From Octopus vulgaris (lineage: Eukaryota), in assembly GCA_951406725.2 (NCBI GenBank), contig OX597820.1, forward strand, positions 92,256,001 to 92,320,000: a stretch of DNA of 64,000 nt. Direction: 5' to 3'. This document shows positions 39,951-52,483 of this stretch, piece by piece. The notes below the pieces were generated by a model, which searched no databases, was not told where the DNA came from, and worked only from the letters and a program-made list of their open reading frames with translations. Position 1 is the first letter of the stretch; each line of letters begins with the position of its first letter. Made by a program: the position numbers and the translations under genes.

Positions 39951-40326
39951 ACTTATATATAAATTAACCCAATAAATATCTGATTCATAAAATTTGTTCT
40001 CCTGATTGTGTGGTGGTCGTGGCGACAATAATTCTCTCTATGAATGCAGACAGACGTAGAAAGAGAGAGGGGGGGAAGAAAGCGTGAAAGCGGCGGGGGA
40101 AAGATAGTAGACACTGTCAAACGACGTTACAGAGAGAAAGTGAAAGGAAGGGAGGAAAGAGAGAGAAAAGGAGGAAGACAGGCAGATAAGAGAATGAGAG
40201 AAGACTTGCGTTTTTTGCCCTAGTAACCACACCTTTTAAGATAGGGATTTCTAACCTAGCCCACCCACAACCTCACCGCATTTTACATGTCCCTGTAAAT
40301 TTCGGAGTCAATCCGACGGGATCTAG
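39951..40326 (+). mobile_element. Probable non-autonomous Helitron
   Basis: 3' hairpin TCGGA-GTCAA-TCCGA followed by CGGGAT-CTAG|T. 5' CTTATATATAAATT. Confidence 0.5.
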
Positions 40327-40704
40327 TTGCCTTTAACCCGTTCCAATGCCAAAACCAGACAAACAAACTTTTCGCATTCCAGATTTATAGATATTGATTA
40401 AAAGTATTGTATGCTCCAATATCGTCATTGCTTGAATTTTAGAAAGATCTAAACGATAACATTTCTTCTCAAATTATATTTTCTGAAACGTCTCTTACAA
40501 CTTTTCGTTTCCATGAAAGTGAAATATAATTTTGAGGAAAAGTAACTTCATAGAAACGAAATCCTTAATTTGTAATCGTTGATTCGCTGTCAATCACTTG
40601 AATTCTTTTCTATTAATTTCTGATTAAACTTAACAGCAGATATGCTTATCTGCCAAATATATAGGTTTAACAGAAGTATTCATAAATTACCTGACTTTGT
40701 ATAC

Positions 40705-43150
40705 CAGTAGCAGGATTAAGTGAAGTGATTCTGCTTCTGTTATCAGTTCCAGCTCTCTTTCGTTTTGAAATTATTATTTTTTTTTGGCTTCTATTCACAT
40801 TATATATTATACTCTCGCAAGGGTATCTAAAAATGGTACGGTAAATTCAACTGTTTGGAGCTCAGAAAAGAAAACTTTCTATAGAAAAAAAGGGAAAATA
40901 CTGCTGTATTAGCAAAGACACAACCTCTTATTTGTCTTTGCATCGAATTTGTCTTTGCATCGAAAGAGGACACTCTGAAGCCAGTGATGAATCAGTACCA
41001 TTTGTCCCTTTTGAGGAAAATAGTCACACACCAAAGCATATCTACAGAAAACGGGAAGAATGTATCAACTCAAATTATTGAAGATGAAGAATCATTGTAT
41101 CCGACTGTCATAGATACTTAAGTGACATCATGGGATGTATCCTCAGTCATGTCGTTTTTAGCCAGAGAGAGGGAAAGGTATGTGTCCATGTTCTTTCAGG
41201 CAAAATCAGCCAAAATAAAATCAACCTGATTTCTACCCATTATCTCGATGTAATTATGAATTAGGTGAAGGGAGTTGGAAAAACAAGTCCAGGAAACAAG
41301 AGATACTTGACTGAAGTATTGTGCAGTGTTCAATCTGTAACAATATTTCAAGTCGCAAGATGTCTGGCATTGAGGGGTAGTGAATAGGAAAGAATCTCTA
41401 AGCACAATCAAAATTTTCTGGCAAATATGGAAGAATTTGGTCCATTTCTAATGGGCTATTGAAAGCATTTGGCAATCACGGAAGTGGCAAGCGGTCATTA
41501 TCACAGACCATCAACAAACAGAGCTTTCTGTTGATGGCAAAATATGTTAAGGATCATATTGTAGCAGAACTTAAAACTACAAAATATTTCTCAGTTTCTA
41601 TATATTCAACAACCCAGAAGCGATTGATGAATCAGTCGCACATCAAAGCATATCTACAGAAAACAGGAAGAATGTATCAACTGAAATTATTGAAGATGAA
41701 GTATCCTCGTATCCTACTGTCATAGAGAGTTAAGCGACATCATGGGATGTATACGTAGTCATGCCGTTTTCAGCCAGAGAGTGGGAAAGGTATGTGTCCA
41801 TGATCTTTCAGGCAAAATCAGCCTAGCAGTTGACCAGCGAACAGTTTTTGTGCGTTATGTTATTTCTGGGAAGCTGATAGAGAGGATTATCACTTTCTTG
41901 ATCATTACAAAGCAGAAGTACTGAAAACAACTTTGTTAAAAGTTCCTTAAAAAACAGTGCGTAAATTTTGTAGAATTCAAGGGGCAGTCTTATGACAACG
42001 CGTGTAATATCAATTGTCACTACACAAGAATGCAAATCAGACTCAAAGAAAAGACCTCGGCTGCAGTTTTCATTCCTTGTGTTGATTATATGTTGAATCT
42101 TATGGGACAAACTGTTCAGACTACTGCTTCTTGCTGTTGAAGTTGTTAGCTATTTTGGTTTCATAGTAAAAATTTATACACGTTTTATTCTGTGTCGGCA
42201 CACAGATGGACTAATTGAATTAAATCTTTGGAAGGTAGGTTAGCGAGAGCTCATTTTACTGAAGCCTTCAAAATGCACTCAGAGATATCGAAGATGATTA
42301 GGAACAAACAGCTGAAGCAAGATATGAATCTCATACAGACACTGGCAGATAAAATAATTTGTATTGAAACTATTTTAATCGCTAAGAACTGGAATATAAT
42401 TCCTGCACAGTTTTAACGTACAGATAAAGCATTTCAAGGAACTGGAGTTGATCTGATTAAAGTGATGGATAGTACCGATTCTTTGGATAGCTTTCTGAAG
42501 CCATTTCGAAATAGGTATATAGAATTGAGATGGTTGCCAAGACCAATGTGTGCAAACAGTAAAACAGTATAAAGCAACAAGAGGTAGAATAAGGAGAAAT
42601 AAACATGATGTGAACCCAGCATCAGCTTCAGAGGAAGTTTTCCTTTCTATAAGAGTAAAATGTAGATACAGATCATTCAATGTTATTTGTTTTCGTCTTA
42701 CAAAGTTGCAGTGTAGGTCTTTGAATTAGTGCATGACAGGTTTAAAATCATTGTCAACTTGTGTAATTTACATGATTCAGTGGTACGAATTGAAGCTTTT
42801 AGGACCTCACCACACATTTGACTTGTAATCTTAGTGAGGTATTTATAATCATAGAAGAACTTGTACAGTTTGCAGCTGCTTTGTTTTAAAGCTCAGGCCG
42901 TTTTACCCCTTCTCAACAGGTACTTTTAATACATAAATAAGGAATTGGTGAAACCTTTCCTACCGTTGATAAAGCTTGAGTTGTTCAGGAGAGAGGTCAT
43001 ACAGTAATTTTGGTTTCATAACGAATTATCCGAGGACCACGATTACCCATGAAAGATTAAATGTTCTGTATCTTTTGGACGTCGAGAGAAATGTTCTAAA
43101 CTCATTACATATTTTTTTAAAATCCCAAACGTAAGAGGAAAAGATTTTTG
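40705..43150 (+). mobile_element. Decayed hAT transposon (ZMYM1/Tip100-like transposase)
   Basis: IVAELKTTKYFSVSIYST, VDQRTVFVRYV, GQSYDNA, FIPCVDYMLNL, SAHRW and a C-terminal NYPRTTITHERLNVL (hATC-like). Possible left end CAGTAGCAGGATT. Confidence 0.82.
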
Positions 43151-43384
43151 TAGATATTGTAATAGTATATAAAAGTAAGTTGGTAAAAGTTGCAGTACTT
43201 AGATTAGATGATAAAATTATGCATTAACAGATACATTAAAACTTTCTCTGCTAACTCATCAAATTCAATTATGGGTAATAGAGGGGTTGATATCTGAAGT
43301 TAGTGATTTTCCAAGATTATAATTCTTGTGCATGAGGGGCCCATTAATCTTGAAGTGCCACGGGCATAGTTTAAATGAGGTCCT

Positions 43385-43495
43385 AAATTTGATGGCGAAA
43401 CGATCGTATCCAAAATTATAAATATTTCAAAGAGTTTATTCCAAGGTGATAGCGTTTCTGTAATTCAGTTCATTTTGAGCTTGTCATCATTCTGG
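43385..43495 (+). pseudogene. Short R4/Dong-like RT fragment
   Basis: IINISKSLFQGDSVSVIQFILSL. Nucleotide homology to the reverse complement of ~25870-25935. Confidence 0.65.
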
Positions 43496-43506
43496 TACAA
43501 AATCAA

Positions 43507-45380
43507 ATGGCAACATGCTTTGTGTGCAAGTTTGTAAGCATCCAGCAGGTAGATTTTGTTATACTTGCAGTAATTTACCAATAGAAGAGCAATAAAACAT
43601 ACTCTGTAACAACAGCTACTAAAATGTGCGAGGCCTACAAGGATAAACCTTGAGCACTTCATTTCCCCTGCGAACTCTGCAAGAGAACTCTAGAAGGTAT
43701 GATGGAAAAATTTGTATATTTGGATAGTGGAATTTTTAAGTGTAAAAATTTTGGATTTTTTCTATTTTGTTTCACTCTTTTTAACCACTTTTATAGAAAA
43801 TATATATACTATATTTAATGAAAATGTAATATACAAAATCAAGTACATCTGTGATTGTAAATACATCTGTAATTGTGAATATTTCTTTATGGGTGGAAGA
43901 TGATGAATGATTGGGGAAACAAGTGTAATATATTTGTATTCTTATACTATTTTCTTTGCTCTTTTGCAGGATGGTACAGAGGGGAAAAGAGAGCCATGAA
44001 TTTGGAGAGAACGAACTGATCCCTCAAACAACTGCTTCTTCTGCATGGCCGACCCTTCCAAACGTCTAGCTGACAAGAATGCACTTGCTATCATATATCC
44101 AGACATTCTCTCATCAAACACCCCAGTGACACACTGCGATGAGATCCCAGTACCCACTACTCCAAAGAGAGAGCAGCCACCTTCAGAAGAGAGCAACACA
44201 CCACAAAAGGTTGAAATCGTTGATCCAGATTTCAGAGGTGTAGCTAAAGAGAGAAGCCCATACTACCTCAGCTAAAAATACGTCAACGACCTCATCAGAG
44301 ATCTTGGTCTCACAAAGTCCGATGCTGAACTTTTGACATCGAGACTCCGGCAGCGGAATTTGTTACATGAAGGTGTGCAAGTCACAAGTCAGAGAAAGCA
44401 CAACCAGTATTTTATAAGTATTTTCACCAATCAATATGGGCTTTGCTTCTGCCACAATCTGACTGGTCTGTTTGAGGCTATTGGAATCGCTTGTAACCCC
44501 AGCGAGTGGTGCCTCTTCATTGACAGCTCATCTAAGAGCCTCAAAGCCATGCTACTTCACAACGGGAATATGTATCCATCTCTTCCTCCGGCTCACTCAG
44601 TGCAGCTCAAAGAGGAATACAGCAGCGTGAAGATCTAGCTTGAAGCCTTGAAATATGAGGGGTACGGTTGGCTGGTTATTGAAAACTTTAAAATGGTGAC
44701 ATTTCTGAGTTCCCATGCTATCGTCGTCTTTGGAATAGCGTGGTGACCGCAGAACACTACCAGAGGGCCGAGTTCAGTGTGGAGAAGAAAGACATCAAAT
44801 GGGTGCCACTGTTGGATCTCTGGAAAGTATTGTTCCTTCTACTGCACATAAAATTGGGTTTTATGAAACAGTTTGTTTCTGATCTAGATCAGGCGTCTAC
44901 AGCATTCAGATATTTTAAAGACTTCTTCCCTGAGCGGTCTGAGGCAAAAGTGAATGCCGGTGTCTTCGTTGGTTCACAAATAAAGATCTTAAAGTGCAAG
45001 GAATTCCCCAAGAAGCTCACTGAGACATAGGAATCAGCGTGGAACAGCTTTGTTTCAGTGGTTCAAGGGTTCCTGGGAAACCACAAAGCCATAAACTACG
45101 TAGTGCTTGTTAAGACGCTGGTGAAAAACTACGGCAAAATGGGCTGCAGGATGTCCCTCAAAGTCCACATTCTTGGTGCTCATCTTGATAAATTTAAGGA
45201 AAACTTGGGAGCGTACTGGGAGGCGCAAGGCGAGTGATCCCACCAAGATGTATTGGACTTTAAACGCCGTTACCAAGGATCGTAAATGAAAACAGGATGG
45301 GAGACTATGTTTGGTCGCTTATTCGTGAAAGTAATTCACAGTATAAGCGTAAATCACAAATAAAAACCACTCGCTTCTAA
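43507..45380 (+). pseudogene. Near full-length Chapaev (Chapaev3-like) transposase pseudogene with one intron (43697-43969)
   Basis: Exon 1: CKHPAGRFCYTC...KMCEAYKDKP*ALHFPCELCKRTLE, donor G|GTATGA. Acceptor TTTTGCAG|. Exon 2: WYRGEKRAM..WRERTDPSNNCFFC...EWCLFIDSSSKSLKAMLLHNGN...LHIKLGFMKQFV...SLKVHILGAHLDKF...EAQGE*SHQD...KTTRF*. Confidence 0.85.
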
Positions 45381-47019
45381 ATATTTTGTGGATCATTTCT
45401 GCAATCCTAGAATAAATTAATGCCACTTTTGAATTACATGTTGTTTTGATCCTGCTTTCAACGAATAGGAATGTTCACATTTGCCGGTTTTCCCAATGGA
45501 ATTAGTTAAACTTAACAAATATCTTTATCCTGGCCACAAAAACAAAATTTGAAGCAAATAAAATTCATGATTTCTAGACCTAATCAAATAGGAAATAGCA
45601 TTTGTTTCACAAAGACAAAAATTTTGTTACATAACGTAAACAATATATACTTGTGCATATACGACACCTTTTCCCGCAACCAAATTCCTTTCATTTCGAA
45701 GATAGAGTAAATATCTGATGTCAGAAGTACAGTGAGATTGAATACGGTGCCTCCTGTTTGTGAAATGAACTTCTTAAACCCAAAGAAATGCCTGTGCATA
45801 TGCCCCTCAATTATTCCTCAGCTCCTAAAATGGCTTGTTTTGCTTTTTCACGCCGGAAGAATTTAGTACGAATTTATTCCAAAATGCCACGATAGCCAGA
45901 GCTGGAATGTGTTGTTCATAAGTATTTTTAGCTAGTGTTTCCCAGGGCTAAACAACACCAAAATGCATTGTCTTCCGTACTGATGAAAATATTTCCTTGA
46001 AGCCATATTGTATGTCAAGCTATTTAATGCATTGCATGCGTTATTCGAAGGAAAGAAAAATGCACAAACTGTTACAAGTTATTGAATTTTTGCCAGCTTA
46101 AATATGAACAAAATATTTAATTTAGAACACGTTAACAGTTAATAGTTTTGTTGCTTATGGCTATTTAAGCTTATGTTCAATAATTCTCTTTTCCTCACGA
46201 CATACCTTACAGAAGGTTTACTATTTCACTGACAGTTGACAGAATTTTCCTTTTATAAGAGTTAAATGCGCAATGTAATGGTGCAGTTGCTGCAATTAAA
46301 ATAGATTTACAATACATTTTCTGGATGCGTTGCATTTGTTGTGGGCTGATGTTACGTCAATAGCTGGCCTATAACTTCTATCGTTAACTTATTTTCTTTT
46401 GTGTTTGGTTCTTGCTTATTTCACTATTCCTTAGGATGTACTCTATATGGACTTACCTGTTTTTCTATTTATATCCCCTTAGATATATTAGCTACAAGTG
46501 CAGAGGAAAGTACCTCGGGCTTCATCGATCTGTTAGAAACAGTAGTCAACTACTCCTGATATCAAAGGCTAAGACACTACATTCATAACGATTTAAGTAC
46601 ATATCCTGTAATGTAGTTATATAGGTGTGTATGAGTGTGTTCCGATGTGTGTATATGTTCCGTGTTTATATATCTCTGGAATGAAATGAAATAAAGTATG
46701 ATCAGGAATAGAATATCATTGATGAAGTGAAAATGACATGACCTGGCGTTAAATATTGACATCAGATTAATACGTCTTTCAGGCATAACTTTTGCTGTCA
46801 ATTGCACCGAAGCTCGTAAGTCGTGTAAATGACTACTTTGAATATGGCTTTCGTCTGGTAGACATTGCGGGATTAAAATGATACAGTAAATATGCTGCTT
46901 TCAGCCCATCAGGGGAAGTGTTAAGGCCCGAATGGTGATTTCTACGCCCTCTCCGACTTTACCAAATCATTTCCTTTTGTTAGCAGTGAATGTTCTCTGA
47001 GAAATAATGACCATGTACG

Positions 47020-47280
47020 CGCGTTCTTCCAATTTCCATGACATAGTTATTTCACGGGAGAATCGAGGACGAAGAAGCAACAATAATTTTGAAAGCACAA
47101 GTGATGTTAAACAAGGCTGTTTGCTCGAAGCCAAGCTTTTTAGAATACTATTTTCTGTCATGCTGATTGATGCATTATGGAACGAACGGAATATCATGGC
47201 CTTACACCCTCGAACAACGGTTGATTATCTAACATGAAAACGTTCAGGGCAAAATCAAGGTGAGATACGTTGTATACGGG
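47020..47280 (+). pseudogene. RTE-like RT fragment
   Basis: SNFHD...FESTSDVKQGCLLEAKLFRILFSVML. Confidence 0.6.
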
Positions 47281-48014
47281 AGTATGTAGCTTTAATTCGT
47301 GATTAATTGAGTAGATGAGTTATGAGAATTGGCAGCTTCTAGCAGCATTAGAAAAAAGATGGACAAAAGAGAAAGTTTGCTTATGAAGTGGGCACCTGGT
47401 GAATGCCAATCAGTCTGAAGGTATTGACCGTTTATCTAGTTTATATATCATCAGTTAATTAATGGCACCTTGCGTCTACATTACATATAGTATTTTGATA
47501 TTGTGTTTTTGCTTATTTATGTGTTTGTATTTGTGAGTGATTACACGTAAGCAAACGGAACGTTTGGTGTTGAACGTACTCAATATTTAGCGTAGTCAAA
47601 TACAATGTAAACTTTACGTTGACCGGATGTAAAAGTTGTGTATGATAGTTTGCTGAACAGTTAGGTATAAACCATGAAGGTAGATTCGGGTGTGTGTGTG
47701 TGTGTATGTGTGTGTGTGCGTGCGTGCGAGCGAGTATCTGTGTGAGAGAGAGAGATAAAGAGAAAGAGAGAGAGAAAGGGTAAGAGAGGGAGAATGAAAG
47801 TGTGTATAACGCCCACACTGGAAAATGATTGAAATTGAATACTAATATTAATATCCAAAATACTTAAATATCGTATCTATTCATGAAAATTCTTATTTAT
47901 ATACATAGACTTATTTTTAAAACTAGGGAAATTAAAATTCAAAATGGCCTTACCATTCTATACAAAGTGCCTACTACTTGTAACCTCAGTTACTATCAAA
48001 TAAAAGTGCGATTA

Positions 48015-48397
48015 TCTCTCTATATATAAACGGCAGTTTGTCTGTGCGTGTTTCTGTGTGTCTGTTTGCTTGTACCCTCACCCTGACCACGGCTTTCAAC
48101 CGATTCTGATGAAACTTGACACACACATAGCCCAATGTCATAATTCAAAACTAACGTAGCGAAAATTTTGAAAAGTTCCCCCAGTTCTGAAAAAAATCGA
48201 TAAATTCGACATGGGGTCGAGAATCAGAAACACAAGCCGCAAACTGTTTAGGGGACGCAACTCCACCTTTTTTCACTCTCAAAAAAATTTACCATCGTCT
48301 TTTTCCATTTTTTTGCTATTTTTTGGCTATAACTCTCTAAAAATGCTTTATAGTTATTTCCCTTACAAACCTGAGCAACGCCGGGCGATACTGCTAG
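48015..48397 (+). mobile_element. Non-autonomous Helitron
   Basis: A|TCTCTCTATATATAAA start. CCTGAGCAACGCCGGG-CGATACTG-CTAG|T end. Internal CCGATTCTGATGAAACTT motif. Confidence 0.82.
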
Positions 48398-48883
48398 TAT
48401 TATTATAAATGGCTGAATACGAGTCGATATGTTGTCACACTTTGCTTTATAACGTGTTATCCTATTTGTCTGTGCCGTGTGGTTTTGAACTCAAAGCAGA
48501 CAACGATTTCACTCATTTTAACTGAAATAGAGCATCTTGCTTGATTGAGAAGTGGCATTGACGAGACTCCTGAAAAGTTCAAACTTTCGGATAGTCTGAT
48601 GGTTGAGAATAATCCTGACTATTCTAGAACATTTTTTTTTTAACGATCACTATCTTAGTCTTGTGGTACTGAGAATCATATCTCGTTGCATGATAACTGA
48701 AGATCACCCGCTGTTATAAGGCATAACTTGGGTACGTACAAGCTGCTTACAAAGTCAAGGAGTTTTCCAGTGTTAAACACTTTTGCTAGATAAATGATAT
48801 TTAGTGACATACATACAAGTATGGCATGAATAGGGAGACGCTTTGGGTGGAATTAACTCACATAATTTGTCACTTGCATCCAT

Positions 48884-48885
<2 letters not shown>

Positions 48886-48931
<46 letters not shown>

Positions 48932-49056
48932 TGTGAGAGAGAGAGAGAGAATGTGTGAGAGAGAGAGAGAGAATGTGTGAGAGAGAGAGAATGTGTGAGA
49001 GAGAGAGAATGTGTGAGAGAGAGAGAGAGAATGTGAGAGATATAGTGAGAGAGAGA
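48886..49056. repeat. (GA)n microsatellite punctuated by periodic ATGTGT
   Basis: Directly visible. Confidence 0.95.
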
Positions 49057-50308
49057 ATGAAGTTGTAGGATAAGTGCCGCACTTCTGTAGGTTCTCTTCA
49101 ATATTTTGTTAGAAGAACTAATTAAAATAGCTCATTTAAGTAAAATAAAATATATTCCTGTAATCCCAGAATGATTGAATAACATATATCAAAGGTCATT
49201 AGGAGGGGGAATTAACTTTGCTACTTTGAGAACACTCGTATCAACTAAATTGCATCCGGCCAAAACAGATGTTGACAGCATGTATGAAAAACACATAGCG
49301 AGTGAGAGGTTACAACTGCGTAACACAATTTGCCAATGAAAACAATTGTTTATGTTTATGCTATTTGTTTTCAATTGAAGATTCTTGAGAGATCAATGAT
49401 TTTTAAATTATTCAGTTTCCAGGAACTGACGAACACAAACACACTTCCTCGGTGGCCTTTTCTAGTGAGAAGTAAATGTCAACATGCAAGTTGTAGCTCC
49501 AGCTTTAAAATGTCAAAAAGCTCAAATATTTTTATCCTTGTTAAAAGGAAATTAAAGAATAGCTAAAAGCAACACAAATGCATCACTTATAAGTACATTA
49601 GCTTTCTTTATTTTTTACTGACGTAAGCGAATAGACTGCTTTAGTTCTTACGAGTTTTCAAATTCTGCTTCGTTGTGCGTGAATATTTTATCTATGGGTT
49701 TCTATGCGAAGGAAGTAGGACATTTTCCTGAATATTTAGTGGATTGTGACTATACCGCTCTCTCTTTCCTTTTCACTCTCTCCCCATCCCGTTCTCTATT
49801 TTCTCTATCTTTCTTTCTTTGTCTTGTCCAACACACATACGTATTATAACAGTCCAACTAGCATTAAAGAGGTACATTAAATAATTCACTATCTACCATG
49901 TTACCAGTGAGCCATTGTATAAATAATTGGAGATTTGCTAACCCGCTGAATTGAGCTTAATTCTGCTCTCGAATGTTAAAGAAGCTAACTGGAAAAATTA
50001 TATCTTATTGTATGTTGAATCTATTCAAGACGGAGTCCGGTATGGTGACATAACGAATGTTAATTTTATTGTATGAAGACCATATACCGAAGCTGAAGTG
50101 GAAAGGAATATGAGCAGGAGTAGAGAAAAATATATAGGAAGAAGCGGAGTATGTAAAAGATAGACGACAAGAGGAGTAGGGACAGTGATGAGAAGATACG
50201 CAGGAAAATGAAGAAGGCAAAAAAGGAATTCGAAATGCATGGGAGGGAGGAAATTCTGAAAGGGAAAACTACGATAGCATTTGACGGAGATAAATTTGGA
50301 TGGAAATA

Positions 50309-50319
50309 TAGTAGTAGTG

Positions 50320-50386
<67 letters not shown>

Positions 50387-50460
50387 CGGCAGCAGCAGCA
50401 ACAACAGCAGCAGTAGTAGTAGTAGTAGTGGTGGTGGTGGTGGTGGTGGTGGTGGTGGTG
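50309..50460. repeat. (TAG)n(CAG)n(TGG)n microsatellite
   Basis: Directly visible. Confidence 0.97.
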
Positions 50461-50944
50461 GGAAGATGAAGAAGAAGAAAAAGAAGAAGAGCGAAGTCGA
50501 CGACGATGATGGTATTGGGGGCTGTTGGAGGTGGGAGTGATGAGGGTAAGAAGGAGAAGAACAACCATAAAGAAATATTACCAACATTCTCATCAATTAC
50601 ATGTTGTTAAAAATACGTAGAATTAATTACTTTTGAAGCAAAATCTTGATTATGCTACATATAATTGCTGAGTATGTCGAGGACTGGAAATTCATCTTAG
50701 CACGTATGAAAAATAACTCGAAATGTTAATCCTAGTAAAAGGTGACAGAATGCTGTTTCGAAATCAATACTTTCCAGAGGAAAAATTTTATTGCGGTCAA
50801 TTTTAAACTTAGTATTGGAATATCATTTGTTTACGTCATTCCGGTATGGATAAAACTGATGATAGCGGGTAGTTCTAACTGTATTATTCATGTTTCAATG
50901 GACTATAATTTTACATCACCTGTGTCTATGTATATATATGTATA

Positions 50945-50978
<34 letters not shown>

Positions 50979-51154
50979 CATATATATTTATGTATAAATA
51001 TATGTGATCACGTGACTGACTAGGCTATGTTGCTACACATCGCTGGTCACAATGCGCTTCGCATTGTTTTAGCCTTCAAATGACGCCATCCCGCTGGCTA
51101 AGCGAGCAGGCCAATATATATATGTTTGTATATATATATATACATATATACATA

Positions 51155-51234
<80 letters not shown>

Positions 51235-51309
51235 TATATACATATATATATATATATGTATATATATAAATATATACACATACATGCATATACATGTATA
51301 TATATATAT

Positions 51310-51699
51310 ATATTGTTATATTTCGGAATGGTTGGTTTGCCAGGTTAGCCAATAAAAACATACACACTATATATTTCGTGTTACTTTGCTTCAGTGTTAG
51401 TTATTTTTTACATTAATCTTATTCTTATTTCGGCAAGAGTTCTGTCGTCACACTCCTATGACCGCATCAGTGGTCTTTTGTTTTCTTCTTTCTTATTTAA
51501 CCGTAGAGAGAGACACAAATAAGAAAGAAGAAAATAAAGGACCACTGATGCGGTCACAGGAGTGTGACGACAGAACTCTTGCCGAAATAAGAATAAGATT
51601 AATGTAAAAAATAAATAACACTGAAGCAAAGTAACACCAAATATATAGTGCGTGTGTTTGCTAAACTGGCAAAATGATCATTCCGAAATATAACAATAT
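51310..51699. repeat. ~390-bp foldback (arms 51310-51498 and 51517-51699, 18-nt spacer)
   Basis: Arms are near-perfect reverse complements. Each carries a degenerate hammerhead-like motif. Confidence 0.92.
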
Positions 51700-52483
51700 C
51701 AGTTTCAACACACCACTTCACATAAAAAATCTTGCACAAAACATATATAAACGTATATATGTATATATATATATATATATATATACACATACGTACATAT
51801 GAAGAGAAAGGGATAGACAGGCAGGTGTGTGTATGCAGACAATGTCATTGACTAAATGTTTCTTTAAAAGCTACTGGCCATGACATTAGTGGACATACTT
51901 GATCTGCAATAAGGAATGCAGTTCAGCTGGTTAAAAGCATTTTAAACAATCTCTGTCGCTTCCTCACATAAATGTTGCTCACTCTAGAGAAAATCCACTG
52001 AAATCCTAAAGTTTTAATTGAGATGCTTATAATATACTCATGTATATTATAAGCGAATGGTAGTATATTTTGAAATATCAGTTATATTTCCCGCTCGGAG
52101 AAACAGGTCTAAATATCACCAATGTCAAATAAGTCAGCTTCTAAATGACAAACATTTTGTTAATTCAAATCAATATTAATACGTTACACTTTATTTCAAC
52201 AATTCACTGTAATCCCGCTGTACATGTTTTGGCTTTATTATTCATTAACATCTAAAATTGACACCAGTTAACACATTTAGAAGAGTGCCTACGTTGACAA
52301 AAGTGTTCCCAGTACTAAATGTCTACAGCAATTTATCAATAAATTTGAAGTCTAAGGATTTTATCTCAGAATTTAGAGCGCTATCTAAATACAGCAAACA
52401 TTTTTACCTCGCATTCCAATGTTCCACCCATTCATCTCACTCGTAATCTGAAACTAATACATGGAATTCTCTTACTGACATCT

